From Torpedo marmorata (taxonomy: Eukaryota), in the NCBI GenBank assembly GCA_977017645.1, contig OZ360225.1:111600001-111664000 (forward strand): DNA of 64,000 nt, written 5' to 3'. The notes below the pieces were generated by a model. The model saw only the letters and a list, made by a program, of their open reading frames with translations, had not been told where the DNA came from and did not search any database. The position numbers were made by a program, and so were the translations under genes. Below are positions 35,601 through 48,737 of the stretch, piece after piece (the stretch's first letter is position 1; each line of letters opens with the position of its first letter).

Positions 35601-38093
35601 CTAGATCTGTTCTCTGTTTACGGCCGTCTATTGGTTTACAAACATAACATTTTGCTCTTGTATTATCTGTCTTCAGGACCTTGACACCCTGCCTAAAATA
35701 TGATGCCCAATTCCAGGTAAGGCTTGAATAAGCATTTGTAAAGGTTTAGTATAAACTGGTAGAAATAGATCCAGGAAGGAGCAGTGACATCAAGAAAAAT
35801 AAAGGTATTGGGTAACTGGGTCTAATAATAAACGTACTGATTTGTAGTAGGTGAGCTTCACAGAGGATTAAATTGTGAATGGCAATGCAACTTTACTCTA
35901 AAAGGGTTATTTTGGTTTGGGATTTTTATTAAGCTGAGGTGGATTCCACTGTACGGTCTTGTTGGGCATATTTCATGTTAAAGTACGTGCATCATGCGCA
36001 TTTTGTTTTTAAATGTAAATGATTGTTCACCTGGGACAAAACTATTTGCATTGGGATGTGCTTTCGGTGGCAATGTTTAAAAAATGACATCACTGATCCA
36101 TCATTCCAACTAACAGTGGAGCTGCAAGCCGGGGAGAATTGTAGAGTCCGGGTCACATCTGAAGTCCCAATTCTCGTAGACTTTATTTAAACGATCTAAA
36201 ACAACATTTCCAGTGGATTGACACAGCGTTAGTAATATGGCACAAATGTTATCTTTGCTAGAATAATGATCGAGGAGATCTTTCGCTTAAAAAAAAGGTC
36301 AGTAGATTTGGTCAGACTTGGATTTGTGGGCTTTTAAAACTTGGCTGCGTGGGACTTCCGATGCAGGTGAAATAAGACCCGGTTCACCGGACCTGCACAG
36401 ATAGAATCGAGTACAGCAATCCTTCTAGAACAGTGCATAAAACCTCTTAATTTCATTTAAATTCAATTAGTTTCAGTCTTTCTATTTTTAAGATTGCGTG
36501 TTGCTAATTTATTTCTAATATTTGTACAGTTTAAAACAATCTTCAGTGGTTTTGAATGTTTTTGAATGTTAGAGAATTTCACACAGAATCTCAGCAACAG
36601 TTTGAAAGCGGATGGAGCTGCAACAAATGTTCTGCAGGTGATGCGGGAAACCTTCACATGAGGTGATCTGCGGGTTGATGGGACCGCGTCAGCGCGGAGC
36701 TTATCTGCGAGTGGAAAACGGATCCCTGGCCCAGGCTGTCTAACAGGACAGGCAGCCAGTGAGTTTGAGTGGTATGCCTAGCAGGGGAGGATCTGAGTCA
36801 GTGCCTCACAGAAATGCTCTGTTTGAAATGATCGAAGATTAGAACATTAGAGAAAATCAGAAGATTGCAGTGTTTTGAATATTCTGTATCATTCCGTTTC
36901 CACATCAAACAGTATGTGGTTGGGTAAAACAGAGACAATTGCAGAACGAGGCGCAGTCTACCGTGAACCAAATATCTGAACCCACACCTTGGTGGGGGGA
37001 GGGGGTGGGGGAGAGCTCCCCTCCCCTTAATAGCCAGAATACTCATGCCAACGACAAGCTTTCGTGAAAACCAACGGTCACTGCATACTCGCCTGGAATT
37101 GTTCAAATCTCACTCAGATGCAGAGAAAGAAGATAGTAATTACATTTGAATTTCTATTTGAAAGTGCAATGTGCTGTTGTACAACTCCGCCCATAAGAAA
37201 TGTAAAGTATTAAGATTGACTCCACTTCCCCACCTCCAGTTTTCAAACGTCAGCAATCGGACCTGCTCAGGCTCCACTGGAAAGAGCAGTGAGGATCCCA
37301 ACGTGCAGGAAATATAACTTGATCTTTATTTTGCTTAATACATTCTCCCCCCCTCCACACATACACACTTTCTTCTTTCAAATGATGCCCCTCAGTAATA
37401 GCATCTGCTGACTGCATCAGGGACATAGCATGCAAATACATCTTACTTTCAATTGCCTTTTTTAATCCTGCCACTCCTCCTGAATTGTTATGCTGCTTGT
37501 CTAATGCTATACCTGGGTGAGTGGAAATTCCTCCGTGTAAATTTTGGGTAGACAAAGCCTTAGTTTTCGATCATTCAGCCCAACTCATCCATGCCAATCA
37601 AGTTGGCATTGTGTCCAAATGTCTTTTAAATGTCAAAATTGTGCCTGCTTTTACAGTTTCCTCTGGCAATAATACTTCTTTTGAGCAAACCATTATGAAA
37701 GGCGTTATGTACAAATTCATCTTTTTTTTGCAAAATTTTTGATTGGTAAATTTAAATGATGGAAACATGATGACTCAGTCACGGACTGAAGTAAAAACAT
37801 CGTCTGCATTTTGTTGACCTTGGGGAGAACCTGGTGGATAAGTGGTGAGGTCCCACATGGTGGCAGGACCTTTGCAACATAACTGACAATATGTGGGGTG
37901 GCATGACAGAGCAGCATAACCTCAAAACTGCTGAAGACATGGCAAAGCCATACCACTAGCTTAGATGCCTTCCAAACCTTTTATGGATAGAGAATGTTTT
38001 TGAAAATCAGAAATATTCAACAATATTGAAAAATATAGCAACATTACAAAATAATTTATAGTTATATAAATAATAAAACATTTAAACAAACTA

Positions 38094-38340
38094 CAGTAAA
38101 ACCCCTGTTATCTGGAATTCAAGCAACCAGAAACCTCAGGCAAACGGGGAAAAAATTGAGGAAAATAAATAAATGAAAAAAATATAAGAATAAATAAAAA
38201 TGTATCAAAAATATAAAAGAAAATACTAACATTTTAATCGTTAACAGCTGTTTTCATCCTTGGAAACTCATTGAAGACAGATTTAACTTGTCGCTAGTTG
38301 TTAGGGAGGATTTTCCTGTGTAACCAATGGGGAATTACTG
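38094..38340. mobile_element. Possible Tigger-like MITE remnant
   Basis: TA-CAGTAAAACCCCTGTTATC at the left end and an imperfect inverted CAGTAATTCCCC at the right end. Confidence 0.4.
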
Positions 38341-38525
38341 CAATTTCATTCTCTTTCGCTGGACTGAATGAGGAATCCATTGTCAGAGCATAATCACCAA
38401 AACACCAAAGGATTTTCACTTACACATGAAAATCACAAGTTTACTGGCACTCTCAAAGGGAAATGCAGATGGTTGTGCATGATGCTGCCACCATTTACCC
38501 ACAAAATCTGGCCCTTTAATCTAAC

Positions 38526-38860
38526 CGGCATGGTTAGTGTGGTGGTTAGCACAGTGCTATTACAGTGCCAGTGACTTGGGTTCGAATATGACACTGTAAG
38601 GAGTTTGTACACTCCCCCCATATCTGCATGGGTTTCCTCCGAGTGCTCCAGTTTTCTCCCACATTCTAAATACGTATGGGGTTGATGTGTTCAGAATAGG
38701 TTTGACAGGTTCAAAGAGAATCAAGGCTGGACATGTTTTATTACCACAATCCACACTACAGGGGTTAATAGGTTAATTGGTCACATGGGTGTATTTGGGA
38801 AGCACGGGCTCATGGGCTGGAAGGGTCTGTTACCGTGCTGTATCTCTAAATTTAAAAAAA
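38526..38860 (+). mobile_element. tRNA-derived V-SINE (HE1-like), with an internal insertion at ~38684-38757
   Basis: A-box GTGGTGGTTAGC, B-box GGGTTCGAAT, V-domain GGAGTTTGTAC...TGCATGGGTTTCCTCCGAGTGCTCCAGTTTTCTCCCACATTC, and a CR1-like tail GGGCTGGAAGGGTCTGTTACCGTGCTGTATCTCTAAA. Confidence 0.85.
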
Positions 38861-39374
38861 ATAATAAAATTTAAATGTTTGCTGGGTCACATTTCACAAT
38901 GCAACACTTTGACCTGCTGAGTTCTCCAGCTTTTGTGTTTTTTACTTTGGCTTTCATGTTTTCTTGAGGTTGACTTTTGATTTGACTCCACTGGTACAAG
39001 TGGATACGAGCATAGGGATGATCATCAAAAGAGGCATTGCACTTTTAATGAACATGTAAATTCCTTCTAATGATATACTACAGATATGACCAATTAGAAA
39101 ATTCAATTAATGTAACAGTTCACACATTAATACATTTTGAATTAAGTGAGATGTTGCCAGTAATCATTTACTTGGCAGGAAATAGGCTGTGCAGCCCAGC
39201 AATCTTTGCCAGCATTTACAGTTGAATGGAGCCTCCTCACTTAAATATACCATCTATTCCTTTTTTTCTTATATTTTTCAGCCTTCCCTTAAGTATACCT
39301 ATACTGACCACTATTCTGACCTTGTGGTAACAAGTTCCACAACCTCACTACTCTTTGGGTAAAAAAGTTTTCCC

Positions 39375-39615
39375 TCCCCCTGTCATTTCTCAGCTATTTT
39401 CTCTTCTATCCTCCCACATGCATCCACCTATTACCTCTTACCTGTAAGCTTGAGCTGCTCCCACTGCCCCTTCCTCCCTCCTTTCCCCCCACCTTTTTAT
39501 TCAGGTGTCTGCCTGCTTTTTCTTAATCCTGACAAGCGTCCAGGCCTGAAACATTGGTCACCTTTAACTTCCTATGGATGCTGCGTGACCTGCTGAGTTA
39601 CTCCAGCACATTTGA
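39375..39615 (+). mobile_element. Penelope-like terminal remnant
   Basis: C-rich tract, then GGCCTGAAACATTGG...GATGCTGCGTGACCTGCTGAGTTACTCCAGCA. Confidence 0.65.
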
Positions 39616-39644
39616 GTTTCGTAATTGTTCTATTGCAAGCAGTT

Positions 39645-40150
39645 CTGATCACCACTCTAGAGGATATAATCAAGTTAGAGGGTGCAGAAGAGAGCCCTTT
39701 CTAGTTTATTTATAAATGAAGCCTTGACTGGAGAACTTGAGTTATAGGAAGAGATTGGATAGTCTGGGTCTATTTTACTTGAAGAAAAGAAGGCTATGGG
39801 GTTACCATGAAGAGATTTATAAAATTACAAGGGGAAATAGATAGGGTAGATAGTCATAATCTGTATCTCAGAGTAGGCGCGTTTAAAACTTGGTTATGGG
39901 TTAAGGTGAGAGGGAAAAAGGTTTAAAGGGAATCTGAGGGGCAAGTTTTTCCACATGGAAAGTGGTGGGTATATGGAACAAGCCACCAAAAGAGGTGATA
40001 GAAGTGCACATAAATATAACATTGATAAGATATTTGGACAGGTATATGGATAGTAAAAGTTTGGAAGAAACAGGCCAAATATAGGCAAATAGAATTAGTT
40101 TAGATAGGCATCTTGGTTGGATAGGTGAGATCGGCTGAATAGCTGTTTCC
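39645..40150 (+). mobile_element. Degraded CR1 3' fragment
   Basis: AGGGTGCAGAAGAGA..., GGTTTAAAGGGAATCTGAGGGGCAAGTTTTTCCAC and GGGTATATGGAACAAGC match CR1 3' motifs. Confidence 0.7.
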
Positions 40151-40699
40151 ATCATTCATGCACCAATGACTTTCAAAGATGCAATTGAAATGTACCATGC
40201 TTACATGGTATGTTGATGCATCAGATTTTTGAGGGCCAACAGATTTCATGCAGAGTGCAGTAAGTACCCAATTGTGCTTTGTAATTGGTATTCCGAAGAA
40301 TTGTTATCATACCGCACTTGTCAACATTGCAATCAAATTTGTAGGCTGGAATGTTTACCAACAATTTATTCATTTAATTTCTGAAGTTCCTAAGCAGAAT
40401 GAAAAAGTGCAGCAGAATAGTTTAAAAATATAGTACACCTAGAATTAAATAGAGAGAATGTCAGGCAAAAACGTCACGCTGAGTTGTAAGTTCACTGCGA
40501 AGCGTGACAGAAGTATTTAGAAGCGATGCAACCAATCTGCTACCAAATAAAAAGGGTTATATATTTTAATCTCATGTCACCCGAGGGAACACCATAACAC
40601 TGAAAGGCATCCAGAAGATTGTTTGAATAAATGGTAAACATAATTCTATAGTGTAAGCATGGGCATTGAATGTTGCTGAATTATACTCTGATAAAGTTA

Positions 40700-41680
40700 T
40701 ATGTTTGTCATATATATTAACGATTCAGATGATAGGGTGGTAAATTGGATTAGTAAGTATGCAGATGATACGAAGATTGGTGGTGTTGTGGACAGTGAAG
40801 AGGGATATCAAAGCTTGCAGGGGGATATAGGACAGTTAGAAGAGTGGGCGGAAACATGGCAGATGGAGTTTAATACTGATAAATGTGAGGTGCTACATTT
40901 TGGTAGGATTAATCAGCAAAGATCATACATGTTAAATGGTAGACAATCGAGGAGTGCAGTAGAACAGAAGGATTTAGGAATTCTGGTACATAATTCCCTG
41001 AAAGTTGAGTCACACGTAGATAGGGTGGTGAAGAAAGCATTTGGTATGTTGGCCTTCATAAATCAGAGTATTGAATACAGGAGTTGGGATGTCATGTTGA
41101 AGTTGCATAAGGCATTGGTGAGGCCAAATTTGGAATATTGTGTGCAGTTTTGGTCGCCGAATTATAGGAAGGATATAAACAGAATAAAGAGAGTGCAAAG
41201 GAGATTTACAAGAATGTTGCCAGGGTTTCTGGGTTTGAGTTACAGGGAAAGGTTGAGCAGGCTGGGACTTTATTCCCTGGAGCATAGAAGATTGAGGGGT
41301 GATTTGATAGAGGTATTTAAAATTATGAAGGGGATAGATAGAGTCAATGTGGACAGGCTTTTTCCATTGAGAGTGGGGGAGATTCAAAAAAGAGGGCATG
41401 GATTGAGATTGAAGGGGGAAAAGTTTAGAGGAAACATGAGGGGGAATTTCTTCACTCAGAGGGTGGTGGGAGTGTGGAATGAGCTTCCGACCGACGTGGT
41501 AGATGTAGGTTAAATTGTAATGTTTAAGGAAAAGCTGGATAGGTATATGGACGAGAGAGGTGTGGAGGGTTATGGGCCGGGTGCGGGTCAGTGGGACTAG
41601 GTGGGAGAAGATGTTCGGCATGGACTAGAAGGGCCAAACTGGCCTGTTTCTGTGCTGTAATTGTTATATTGTTATATGGT
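40700..41680 (+). mobile_element. CR1-type LINE, 5'-truncated, with an uninterrupted 270-aa RT C-terminus
   Basis: FVIYIND...ISKYADDTKIGG...WQMEFNTDKC...LVRPNLEYCVQFWSP...FFTQRVVGVWNELP, then tail GGCCTGTTTCTGTGCTGTAA(TTGTTATA)n. Confidence 0.95.
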
Positions 41681-41774
41681 TAAAACTATTTCATGTAGAG
41701 ATAGCTCAAAATGAGCAATAACATTTAAAGCAATGTGTAGCAATTGCAGTCTCCCACCACTAACAGCATGTAAA

Positions 41775-42310
41775 ATTTGTAGGGAATCCATGCTTATTTT
41801 CACTCTGTCCACATCAGTGACAGGGATCTCCCAGTGGCCAACCACTTCAGTTCCGTGCCCCACTCCCATGTTGATATGTCTGTCCATGGCCTCATGTACT
41901 GTCCCACTAATACCACCCACAAATTGGAGGAACAACACTTAATTTCCGTCTGGGCACTCCAACCGAATGGCATTAACATCGACTTCTCTGGTTTCTGCTA
42001 GCTTACTCTCCATTCTTCCTCCCTTCCCCTTTGTCTTCTTTCCTCCAGCTCTCCACCCCCTTCCCTCTCCCTTCACAGAGCCATCCCTCCTCCCCCTGCT
42101 TGCCAGTGTGCCCTCCCTCCTTTATCCCTATTACCTCCTGTGCTTCTCCCCCTGCCCCTCCCCCATCATTTTGTTAAGGCACCTGTCTACATTTTTTCAT
42201 ACCTTTATGAAGGGGTCAACCCTGAAACGTTGGTTATGTATCTTAATCTTTGCTATATAAAGTACACTGTTTGACCTGCTGAGTTTCTCCAGCATTGTGT
42301 TTTTACTTAC
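41775..42310 (+). mobile_element. Penelope-like element 3' part (GIY-YIG C-terminus and pseudo-LTR)
   Basis: Frameshifted translation DLPVANHFSSVPHSHVDMSVHGL...KLEEQHLI..LGT.QPNGINID, then a C-rich tract, ATGAAGGGGTCAACCCTGAAACGTTGG and TGACCTGCTGAGTTTCTCCAGCA. Confidence 0.85.
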
Positions 42311-42584
42311 TTAGTCTTTATTGACTCATCTACTCACTGCATAATAAAAATCTAGACCACAAAGTGGGGAAGCAACCAAGGCAAATCCTTTTACCATACT
42401 TTGTAAGGAAAAAGCCCACAGGAATATGTTGATCCATCATTGCATGGTTCTGCGATCACTATTCTGGTCATGGTCCCACAACGTAAAAATTCAGATGCTT
42501 TCAAGACCAAGGAATGATTCACAATTGGAAATGTTTGGTTCATTTTTTGGAATGTTGCAACTTAATTCAGAAAAGATCAACATA

Positions 42585-43000
42585 CTGGAGACACACAGGA
42601 GACTGCAAATGCTGGAATCTGAAACTAAACACAATCTGCTGGAGGAATATAGTGGGTTGAGCAACATCAGTGGGAGAAAAAGAATAGTTGACGTTTCAGG
42701 CTGGAGCCCTTCATCATGACTGGAAATGCAGAGACAGAAGCCAATGCAATGAGGACAGGACAGCAGCAGCAGGAGAGGAGCCCATGCGGGATTGGTGGAT
42801 CAGGGAGAGAAGCATGACGGACAGAGGCAGAGGATCGGCAGATGCCAGACAAAGGGAGAGAGAAGCAAGAAAAACAAAAGGGTCAGGGGACAAAAAAAAA
42901 AATGGGTGGAGGAGGGGAAGAGCGACAGGGGTACAGAAGAAGAGAGAGGAGACTCATTGCCTGAAATTAGAAAGTTCTATGTTCATATCATTGGTATGAA
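42585..43000 (-). mobile_element. Penelope-like element terminus with a near-intact minimal hammerhead motif (42685-42722)
   Basis: The minus strand reads CAGTC-ATGATGA-A-GGGCT-CC-AGCCT-GAAAC-GTC-AACTA, flanked by the same pseudo-LTR motifs as the other copies. Confidence 0.75.
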
Positions 43001-44229
43001 TTTCAAAATCCTACTCTATGAAATCAATTTCCATTCGTATAGTCCAGAATAAAACCCATAAAACATTCAACTTTCTGAGCCAGTCTTTAAAATGCTTAAT
43101 ATATACATATTGGTTTCAGTCTAATACTTTTACCACAGATTTTATTGATTGACATTAAGACTCTCGTGCTTATGATGGGGAGGAGCATGTATGCAGTAGA
43201 GAGAGGGGAATGTGCTGAGGCTGAGGACATTATAATTTTCGGACATCATCACAACTGTTTCTCTTGCTCACTTACAGACCATATCACAGGGAGAACACTT
43301 TAGGGTGGTCATCATCAGTGGGCTTCATGTGGATGCTAGAGAGCTTCAGCCTATCATAATGTATATGGTAAATTAGAGGCTTGATTATTTGGGGGCTGGG
43401 AAGCATTTATAGTAGTCCATTGTTACTCTTAATGTTAGAACTAATTCTTCCTTTTCAGAATCTCAGACAGCTATGAATGATATTTGTTTATTTCCCTGTG
43501 TCAAAACCAAATCTTATTTTTTGTTAAAACTTTTTTTTTTTTAAATAGCAAAATCATAAATTACCCAATGGACATCTTCACAACTGAAAAAGTGCTTAAG
43601 CATTCTTCAGCCAGAAAATCAAATGAACATTATGCAGCAATATAAATGATCAGAAGAATTGTTGCAATCTTTTAAAGTCTTTACTTTTTTGGCTTATGCC
43701 AATGTGTAACATTTTATGTTACTTTTTATGCCAGGTTTATAAACAAATAAAAGTTAAATGAAGAAGCCAAGAGTTTGTGAATCAAATACTGCCTCCCAAA
43801 AAGCTGCTCTGATGTAATAGCATAATGCTTCAATGACTTAGCTAATGACCGTATAGCTCTTAACTGTGATTTAAATTGGTAATATTTGATTGGGCTTTGA
43901 ATGGAGAAGAGCCCTATTAAACTCAGCTGCTCTGGTTCTCTAATTGATCCTTTTCTTTTATAAATAGTCCAGCTGCTGTTTGCTTTTCATCAACCCACAT
44001 ATACTTGCATACAATCCTTTCATCATAGCTGGCCATGCCTGTGAATTGCTCTATTCATATGGCTACTAATGAGCATGTACTCAAATCAATGTGGTAGTGA
44101 ACCTACACCAAATGTATGCTGGCATCAGAGCATCTCTGCAGAGATTCAAAAATTTTAAGTGTGTAGTTTTGTTTTATTAAAAGAAAGTTCTAATTGATAA
44201 TCTGATTAAGACTTGTAGGTGATGGAATT

Positions 44230-44335
44230 GGAGACACACAGGAGACTGCAGATACTGGAATCTGAAGTCAAACGCACTGCTGCGGGAACTCAACTGATCA
44301 AGCAGCACCAGTAGGAGAAAAAGAATAGTCGAAAC
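44230..44335 (-). mobile_element. Penelope-like terminal remnant
   Basis: GGAGACACACAGGAGACTGCAGATACTGGAATCTGAA...GGAGAAAAAGAATAGTCGA is nearly the same as 42588-42691. Confidence 0.7.
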
Positions 44336-45239
44336 TCAAAACTTCGCGAGTTGGATGGGCATGACAACATTTGAATTGAGCAAGTGAGTTTGGAGGGCCT
44401 GGGGGTGTCAACCAGGGAGCACACCTAAATGTCTTGATTTGACAAACCTGAGCAGAAATGCCTGCAGGTGATAGATGGGGGAAAAATTAGCACAGTTAAA
44501 AGTTGAATAAAATCTCAGCAATCTTCTCCTTAAAAGCATATTTGGTGAAGTACATGTGAACACTCAGAAAAACAAATGGACTAAATGTGCTGGGATTTTT
44601 CTGTGGGGTCAGCATATGGAACTCTACTTCAACCAGGCCAGACAAAGGATCAGAATCCCCATTTGTTCAAATAGAGATTCCCCACTTTGACATTAGAAGA
44701 AACAAGGTAGGTTGATATTAATTTTTAAAGTGTTTTGTGCTTTATTGAGTTTAAATTATTTGTTTTTTTAATAGTCTTGTTATGATCATCAGTGAGGTTA
44801 ACGAATACAAGAGACATTCAAAGACTGTTAACTATGCTTGAGGGTGAAACTCCACTCCGTCTTGCCTCCTGCCAAAGGCTATCGAGATACTTCTGGGACA
44901 GGGCATCGCAAGTAAGCCACTTGATGCTTATAGCCACAAGACCTCACTACTTCTCACTAAACACCACCTGGGTGTTGGTGTTATGTTTTTGGACCCCTGT
45001 ATCTAGCACACATATATAGAGGAGTTATGGACAGTGGGTGCGCAGGCTTAATTTATCCCATTTTCTCTTGGCTCCTCCTCAACCAGACCTCATTCTTTAT
45101 ACCTGCTATCTCCCCTTCCCACTTTAGTCTCAACAAAGGGTCCCAACCCAAAACATTGAATGGCCATGAATGCTTTCTGACCCACTGAGTGCCTGCAGCT
45201 TTTCTTCTCTTCTTGAGTTCACACCAAGCTCCAAGGCAT

Positions 45240-47290
45240 AGCAAGGAAGGGTGAAGTCTGGCAGAGCTATAGTGATAGGTGACTCCATAGTTAGCAAGAG
45301 AGACACCACAATGGTGTGTTGCTTCTTGGGTGTCCGTGTCAAGGATGTCTCTGAGCAGTTATAGAACATTCTCAGGGGGTAAGGTGAGCAGCTAGAGGCC
45401 GCTGTGCACATTGGCAACAATGATAGAGGTAGGAAAAGGGATGAGGTCATGTAGAGTGAATTTAGGGAGCTAGGGAGGAGACTAAAAAAGCAGCACCTCA
45501 AGGGTAGTAATCTCTGGATTACTCCTGGGGCCACGTGCTAATGAGGTTGGGAATAGAAAGGGCAGATAAATGTGTGACTGAAGAGCTGGTGCAGGTGGCA
45601 AGGATTTAGGTTCTTAGATCACTGGGAACTCTTCTGGAGCAGAGGTGACCAGCATAAAAAGGACAGGTTATACTTCAATTGGAGGGGGAAATCAATATTC
45701 TATCAAGGAGATTTATTTGGGATTCTTAGGAAGGTTTAAACGAGATTGGCAGGGGCTCAGAACAGGCTGATAAGAAGTTGGGGGCCAATATTGTACCCAA
45801 AGAAAGCAAGTGCAGTGGATAGGATAGGTAGGAGGATGGCAAAGTGAGAATGGCAGTGTGGTTTAAACTGCATTCATTTCAATGCAAAGGGCCTAATAGG
45901 TAAGGCAGACAAACTCAGGGCATGGATTGGCTTGGAAGACTGGGATATAATAGCCACAACAGAAATGTGGCTGAGAGAAGGGCAAGAATGGCAGCTCATT
46001 GTTCCAGGATGCTACATGCATTATAGAGGGGCAGATAAGGCAGGGCAATGGGGTTTGATAGGGGAAGACAGTAACAATAGTGCTTAGAGAAGATATCTTT
46101 GGAATATTATCCAGTGAAGCTATATGGGTAGAAATCCGAAGCAAGGGAATGATCACTTTGATGGAGTTGCATTATAGGCCCCAATAGTCAACATGAATCG
46201 GAAGAGCACACACAGAGGAAAATTGCAGGCAGCTGTAAGAATAATAACACAGTATTACTGGGAGACTAACTTCCTGAACATTGACTGGGTACCCATAATA
46301 CAAATGTCTTGGATGGTGTGGAATTTGTTATGCTCAATCAACATATAGAGAGCATGCTCAATCAACATATTGAAGGCCCGACTGGAGAGAATGCAACCCT
46401 GGACGTCCTCTTTGGGAATGATATTGGGCAAGTGACTGAAGTCACAGTGAGGAGCCCTTTGGGTCCCATGAATATAACCTTCACCAAATTCTAGAAGCCC
46501 AGCCGTACACAAACTCCCACACTCAAAACCCTAAATATGTTTATATTTTAGGGTTAGTTTTACATATAACAGTATAGAACATGCCCTTCGGCCCACAAAG
46601 TCCATGCTGAACATGATGCTCAAGTTAAATAAAACTCTTGCACCATTAGTTTTAAAATGGTTATGGAGAAATATGGGACTGGTTCATTAGTTAAAGTCAT
46701 AAATTGGGACAAGCTCATTTTGGAGCAACTAGCCAGGAACTTGCAGAAGATGATTGGCAGGGGATATTTGCAAGTAAGGGGATGGATGGAAAATGGAATT
46801 TTTTTTAAATTTTTTTTTTTTAAGGTGAGATAGCAAGTGTTCAGGCACTGCATGTTTCTGCTAGGGTGTAGGATAAGGCAGGTAAGTTTAAGGAACCCTG
46901 GTAGACAAGGAATATTGAGACTCTAGACAGGCTTCTGTCAAACTTAAGAAGTCTGGATCAAATAAATCCCTTGATGAGTACAAGTGTAGGAGTATGCTTA
47001 AGGAGGGCAAAAATAGGACATGAGATAAAGCTGGTGGATAAAGGAAAATCCTGAGACTCTACAAGTATATTAAGAGTAAATGGTTGAAAAGGGAGAGAAC
47101 TGGTCCCATTAAAGATCCATGGAGCCACAGGAGGTGGGTGAGATTTTGAGTGAATACTTTTTATCAATCTTTATGTGAAGGAGATCATTGAAGCCAAAGA
47201 ACTGAAATAAATGAATGGCGAGGTGATGAACCACACGAGACCTACCAAGGAGAAGATCTTGGCGGCCTTGGAGCATGTTAAAGTGCCCAC
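45240..47290 (+). mobile_element. Degraded CR1 LINE (ORF1 esterase region and ORF2 endonuclease)
   Basis: AGAGCTATAGTGATAGGTGACTCCATAGTTAG (RAIVIGDSIV), TTCTTAGATCACTGG (FLDHW) and TTCAATGCAAAGGGCCTAATAGGTAAGGCAGAC (FNA..L.GKAD) are homologous to 1190-2300. Confidence 0.8.
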
Positions 47291-47315
47291 ATTAAACCTA
47301 TCCTATCCATGTATC

Positions 47316-48001
47316 TGTTGTGTTTGGGAAGTATCAGGTTCGGTGTGTTCACAGAGAGACGAGTCTAGACACAAGTGTTACAATCAAAGGTAACTTTATT
47401 GAATACACGGGAGACAAACAGGGGAAGATGTCAAATTATACTTAATTTGCTACTACTAAACAACTACAGTATATAAACATTGACATCAGACCCAGGTTGG
47501 ACTCCGATATCAGTAGTCGCCTATCTTCTACATGCTCACGCACGTGTACACACTTCACAGACAGGGACTTTCAAACACACTCCCGATTCCCTGTACCAAC
47601 ATGGGTGCGGCTCTCTGCAAGCACTGATCTATCGTAGTACTACAGCTCAGCTTAAGTGTGGTGCACATCTTACCCGCAATTCCTCCAGCGATGTCCACAG
47701 TGGTGACCTAGCATTGAGCAATGTCCAGGGCTTGGACCACGAGGCAGAGAGAGAAATGTGCTATGCATCGATGTTTTATACTGTTCTGAGCTGGGCGTCT
47801 GGACAATGATGACACGGAGTCATTTAAATGAGCCAACGGTAAGGTGTGCACTAATGAGTGGCCAGAATCCAACCTTGATTGACAGGTGATGCGACTTCCG
47901 AATAAGTTTCAGACAGAAAGGTCACGTGACCCTCCACAATCCACAATGTTCCAGACAGAGAGGCCACCTGTTCCTCCACAATTCACACATAAATTCACAC
48001 A
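47316..48001 (-). mobile_element. Solo LTR (686 bp) with 4-bp TSD TATC
   Basis: TGT...ACA termini with TATC at 47312-47315 and 48002-48005. Minus-strand TATA (TTTTATA ~47774-47780) and AATAAA (TTTATT 47395-47400) are in U3-R-U5 order. Confidence 0.8.
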
Positions 48002-48737
48002 TATCAGTATCTCTCTAAATGTTTCTTTAATATTGCAATAGGCACCTGATGGAATCCCTTCATTGGATTTCAAACTATGTTACAGTGACAAAATGACTCT
48101 TATCAAAGCATGCTATGCAAGTAATGGCTTCCGAAGTGACCTTCTCATCCTTTGATGTGGTTAGTCATTCAACCTCCCCACTGTCACACAGTTGGACAAG
48201 ACTATACTTTGCTAGTTCCATTCTTATTACCCTGTCATAGCCACATGCTGTTACCTCTGGCATCATCCAAAGCATCCTTCCAAGGTCTCACCATTTTCCT
48301 ATTTGAATGCTGCCCAACATTAAAGTAATGCTAAAATAACAATAGTTCTCTCATGTATACTGATCATATTAAGTCCATCTCATATCCCCTATCCCTCCAC
48401 TCTTTCCAAATTGTCAGGCTATTCATTTAATATGCAGTAATGGATGAGCAGAAATTTCCTCCAACGAGATAGTGTGAAAACATTCTTATCTTCAAATTGT
48501 GTCTTTAGATTGGACCTCTAATTCCTGGGTTATATCATACAAGTCCTGTTGTGGATTGGACAAAAAGCCTGCAAGTAAGATGATAATAAATCTCTTCAAT
48601 TAAAAATTAATTGACTGATCAAATGATTTTGCTTTGAGCTTCCCATTACAATCAAACGCCCTTCCCACTGAATCCCAAAAATTGTCTTTGTAAAATGCTG
48701 ATGTTGCCTAATTTAGACTAAATTAGGCTACACGCAT

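Noticed and set aside
38526-38600. tRNA gene
   Set aside because: The A and B boxes belong to a V-SINE head, and no cloverleaf forms.
41010-41621. 203-aa minus-strand ORF
   Set aside because: It is the antisense shadow of the CR1 RT ORF, with no independent coding signature.
46330-46370. 24-bp tandem duplication ATGCTCAATCAACATAT
   Set aside because: Ordinary slippage inside a dead CR1.
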